Both the position numbers and the translations under genes were made by a program. A DNA stretch of 64,000 bases, from NCBI GenBank assembly GCA_001687465.1, contig LVLI01000030.1, positions 1 through 64,000 of the forward strand, written 5' to 3'. Source of the DNA: Halocafeteria seosinensis. Its lineage: Eukaryota. Shown here piece by piece: positions 61,201 through 64,000 of the stretch. Position 1 is the stretch's first letter. Each line of letters opens with the position of its first letter. The notes under the pieces were generated by a model. It saw only the letters and a list, made by a program, of their open reading frames with translations. It was not told the DNA's origin and did not search any database.

Positions 61201-64000
61201 CAAGAGCTCAACACTTTTACGTCACGAACAAGATTGCATTCACAATCGCAGTCATAAATATTGCAGTCTATGGGCTCTATCGTCGGTACAGTAGGGGTTG
61301 GTGTTTTGGTCAAAGTGGGACTGGGAGTGCGGGTGTTTGTAGGCGTTGGTGTGGGCGAAGGAGGAACTGTTCTGGTAACGCTGGGTGTTGGTGTCGGAGT
61401 TTCCGTGGGCTTGGGCTCCATACAAAATGGTCCTGGTTCAGCTCCGGGGTGAGGCTTGAGAAACACAGTGTTGTTGGGACAGTTTGCTTCCTCGGTTCCT
61501 GGATTGTCGTCTAAGTCTCTGCATTTCAAGATTCATATAGTGTACAGTGTAGTACGGCAGGGCATGTGAGTAAACAAATTTTTCAGCAATCTATCTTTCG
61601 ACACTTACATATCGGTATAGTCGTCAAGGTTTGCGAAGATCTCACCAGGAAGATAAACGAGATCGTTGTCCCACAGATACCTGCACAGTCGGGAAAAGGA
61701 ATAGTGTATATAGTAGTGAACAACAACGCGTCGGTTGACTTCTGCTTAACTTACAAACTCGAGTGGACATTGGCCCCAGCAAATACGTCTCTCGACAAAA
61801 ACCTCAAACCATTATCATTTAGATACCTGAAACGGCAAAAAGATACAAGTAGTGATTGAACGCCTCTTGGTCGATCAGATTCTCCCTCAAACTCCTTCTT
61901 ACAGGTAGCTCGTGCTGGTTCCATGAAATATGTCTCCTTCAACCCTCTCTATCTGGTTGTATCCCAAGTCTCTGTATACAAAATAGAAACGTAGCCACTA
62001 GTCCAGTCCCTAATATATTCGGTACAAACGTCATTGACTCTTGGACCTACATTTCATACACACGACCAAGATCCTGGAATATCCCATCAGGAAGGGAAGT
62101 CAACATATTACGACGAAAGTTTCTGTAAGTAATCACTACCCATTGGTAAAGAAACTGATCCAGTAGTTAGAACAGAGGAAATGCATGTCACATACAGATC
62201 ACTAGGATCTCGAAGCCGTTTGAAGGCATCTTTCGGAAGCTCGGTTAGTTTGTTATTGTCGAGTCGGCTGCACAGGCAATCAACCATACACTAATTCACT
62301 GGAACCAACGAACGGACATTGGCCCAATCACGCATACAGATCGTTTAGTTCCGTCATATTCCAGAACAAATCAGGAAGAATCCTTTCAATACCACAATTA
62401 CGAAGATTTCTGTAGTAGATATGAAATTGCGCGTAGTTCTTAAGAAATACGGTGGATCTTGGCGAAGGACACGTACAGGCGTTTCAGGCGAGTTAACCTC
62501 GATATATCGTTTTGCGGAATCTCTTCTAGCTTGTTGTTCGACAGATCCCTGTACGTAGGACCACACACACACATACCTCGTAGACGAGAACAACGTTGGT
62601 GTCCCAGTTCCACATACAGGTCTTCCAGGCGTTCGGCCTGCCTCAAAGTACCATTCGATAATTTCCTTAGTTGGCTGTCGCGAATCTCACTGTGCACCGG
62701 GTGTAGTGTGAACGAAAAAAGCGAGTTAGTGGAACAAAAAGTTGGGAGAATGTCACCGCAGCTTACAATTCACGCAGAGATGTCAAATCTTTGAAGAAAT
62801 CTTCTGGAATCTCTTCGATATCACAATCATATAAGCGCCTGCATGCTCGATCATTCATAAAATGGCAAGGCTTTCAATTTTGAGACTAGTATCGCTTCTG
62901 CCTCATCTTTTGGTATCAAACGTACAGAGACTCCAACGTGGACAAGTTCCGGACTAGTTTTGTGGGAATGTGCTTCAAGGGATTGTCCCCCAAATTCCTG
63001 CAACACCAGAAATATATCAATGCCTCAACTCTTTCGCTCATAACTAGATGCACCTCCAACGTACAGATATCGTAAGTTCGACAGCGACGCAAATATCTTG
63101 TCTGGAAGCTCCGTCAGGTGATTATGATGCAAACGACTGCAGTTGAGATCACATTCTTGTCTGTGCGTAGGCCACACGTAGAACTTTAGTATCTTCCTCT
63201 TTACGGCACCTACAGCTTCCGCAACTGCTTCAAGGTCGTAAATGTTCCCTCGGGCAATGTTTCTATCTCATTCCCACCCAGTCTTCTGTGAAGTATTAGG
63301 ACGGAATCATTTTGTGGAGAATTCGAAAATCAATGTACAGTTTAGTGATACATTGAGTATCTTACAATTCTTCGAGACTTGATAGGTCAGAGAAGCTAGA
63401 CGAAGATACGTATCCAATGTTGTTACCCCCAAGGTCCCTGCACCAAATGAATGTAATTATCATGTGATCGGTCTCAGGACTAGGATGGCCTATCAGAATA
63501 CTTGATCGCATACAATAACTTAAGGTTTTTACATCCCTCAAACATGCTGGCATACACTTTGCTAAGCTGGTTTGAGCGTAGTTCTCTGCATCTCCAAACG
63601 AAAGCCAAATCAGTCAATTGACAAATAGAGCCATTTTGCAACTGCAATATGGAGTACGTCTCCGTACAGCTCTTTCAATTGCGTCAGGTTGCTAAATGTA
63701 GAGTTGGGAACATTCTCAATCCGATTGTAATATAGGTTGCTGAAGGAAGAAACACAGACGCCCAATCACATCATATTGCGTTTGTTAAATCCGGGCCGAA
63801 TCTCAAACTTGAAAGTGTCGCTTTAACATACATGTACTGCAGATTTGTTGTGTCCGCAAAAAGCCCTTGGGGTAATTTCCGCAACTCGTTGTCGTGTAAG
63901 TGTCTGTACAGTACAGTCTTCCTGGATGCAACTATGCTTCAGGCTGCACTAAACAGTGGTGTTTAACGAACATTCTTTGCAAGTGTGTTAGGTTTGCGAG
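52280..64000 (-). CDS. Giant LRR receptor-like multi-pass membrane protein; 5' end outside the window
   Basis: 40 complete single-LRR exons between 57613 and 63903 plus a partial one from 63972, all phase 2. A linker exon 61180-61518 encodes LRR-CT, a PT stalk and a Cys cap. The 5.3-kb terminal exon 52280-57557 encodes an S/T stalk, beta-rich domains, Cys-rich CxxCPxG repeats, CATGQSGPLCGSC and multiple TM helices. Confidence 0.9.
56960..57235. repeat. 60-bp tandem repeat (~4.5 copies) encoding the S/T/P stalk
   Basis: Near-identical 60-nt units at 57001, 57061, 57121 and 57181, encoding TASSTPTPTPSITSTATASK on the minus strand. Confidence 0.9.
57480..63970 (-). repeat. ~4-kb intragenic tandem duplication of the LRR module (about 57480-59940 vs 61430-63970)
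   Basis: 16 exons match one-to-one in order, including the 69-nt exon (57892-57960 / 61903-61971). Intron sequence TCTCAAACTTGAAAGTGTCGCTTTAACATAC is identical at 59765-59795 and 63801-63831. Confidence 0.9.
60830..60854. repeat. (CA)n microsatellite in an intron
   Basis: About 12 AC units. Confidence 0.9.

Noticed and set aside
57613..63903. ~150-bp periodicity that could suggest a CRISPR-like or satellite array
   Set aside because: The units are protein-coding LRR exons with GT-AG introns; there is no invariant nucleotide repeat.

Overview
Gene-dense eukaryotic DNA with short GT-AG introns (mostly 50-120 nt), most consistent with a heterotrophic protist; the organism cannot be identified from the window alone. 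The first ~9 kb is a patchwork of mobile DNA: a decayed P-element-like transposase fragment (1-710); an intronless ~4 kb remnant of an endogenous virophage/Polinton-like virus with a clear adenain-type maturation protease (750-4764); and a pogo-like DNA transposon with perfect 30-bp TIRs and TA flanks, whose decayed transposase is followed by SAP and chromodomain coding sequence (4767-6639). A separate 1.5-kb cassette (22410-23956) is bounded by an exact 29-bp direct repeat, has internal inverted and iterated motifs, and shares a non-coding motif with the viral remnant. Host genes include a GLUG-like secreted protein, an RI-type LRR protein, a USP deubiquitinase, a two-TM protein, an NTPDase/apyrase, a CCCH plus J-domain protein, a large type-I membrane protein and a ~2000-aa conserved protein. 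The last 11.7 kb is one giant receptor-like gene in which at least 40 LRRs are each encoded by their own phase-2 exon (36 of 72 nt), arranged as two duplicated modules that differ markedly at predicted ligand-facing residues. No rRNA, tRNA or CRISPR array was recognised.
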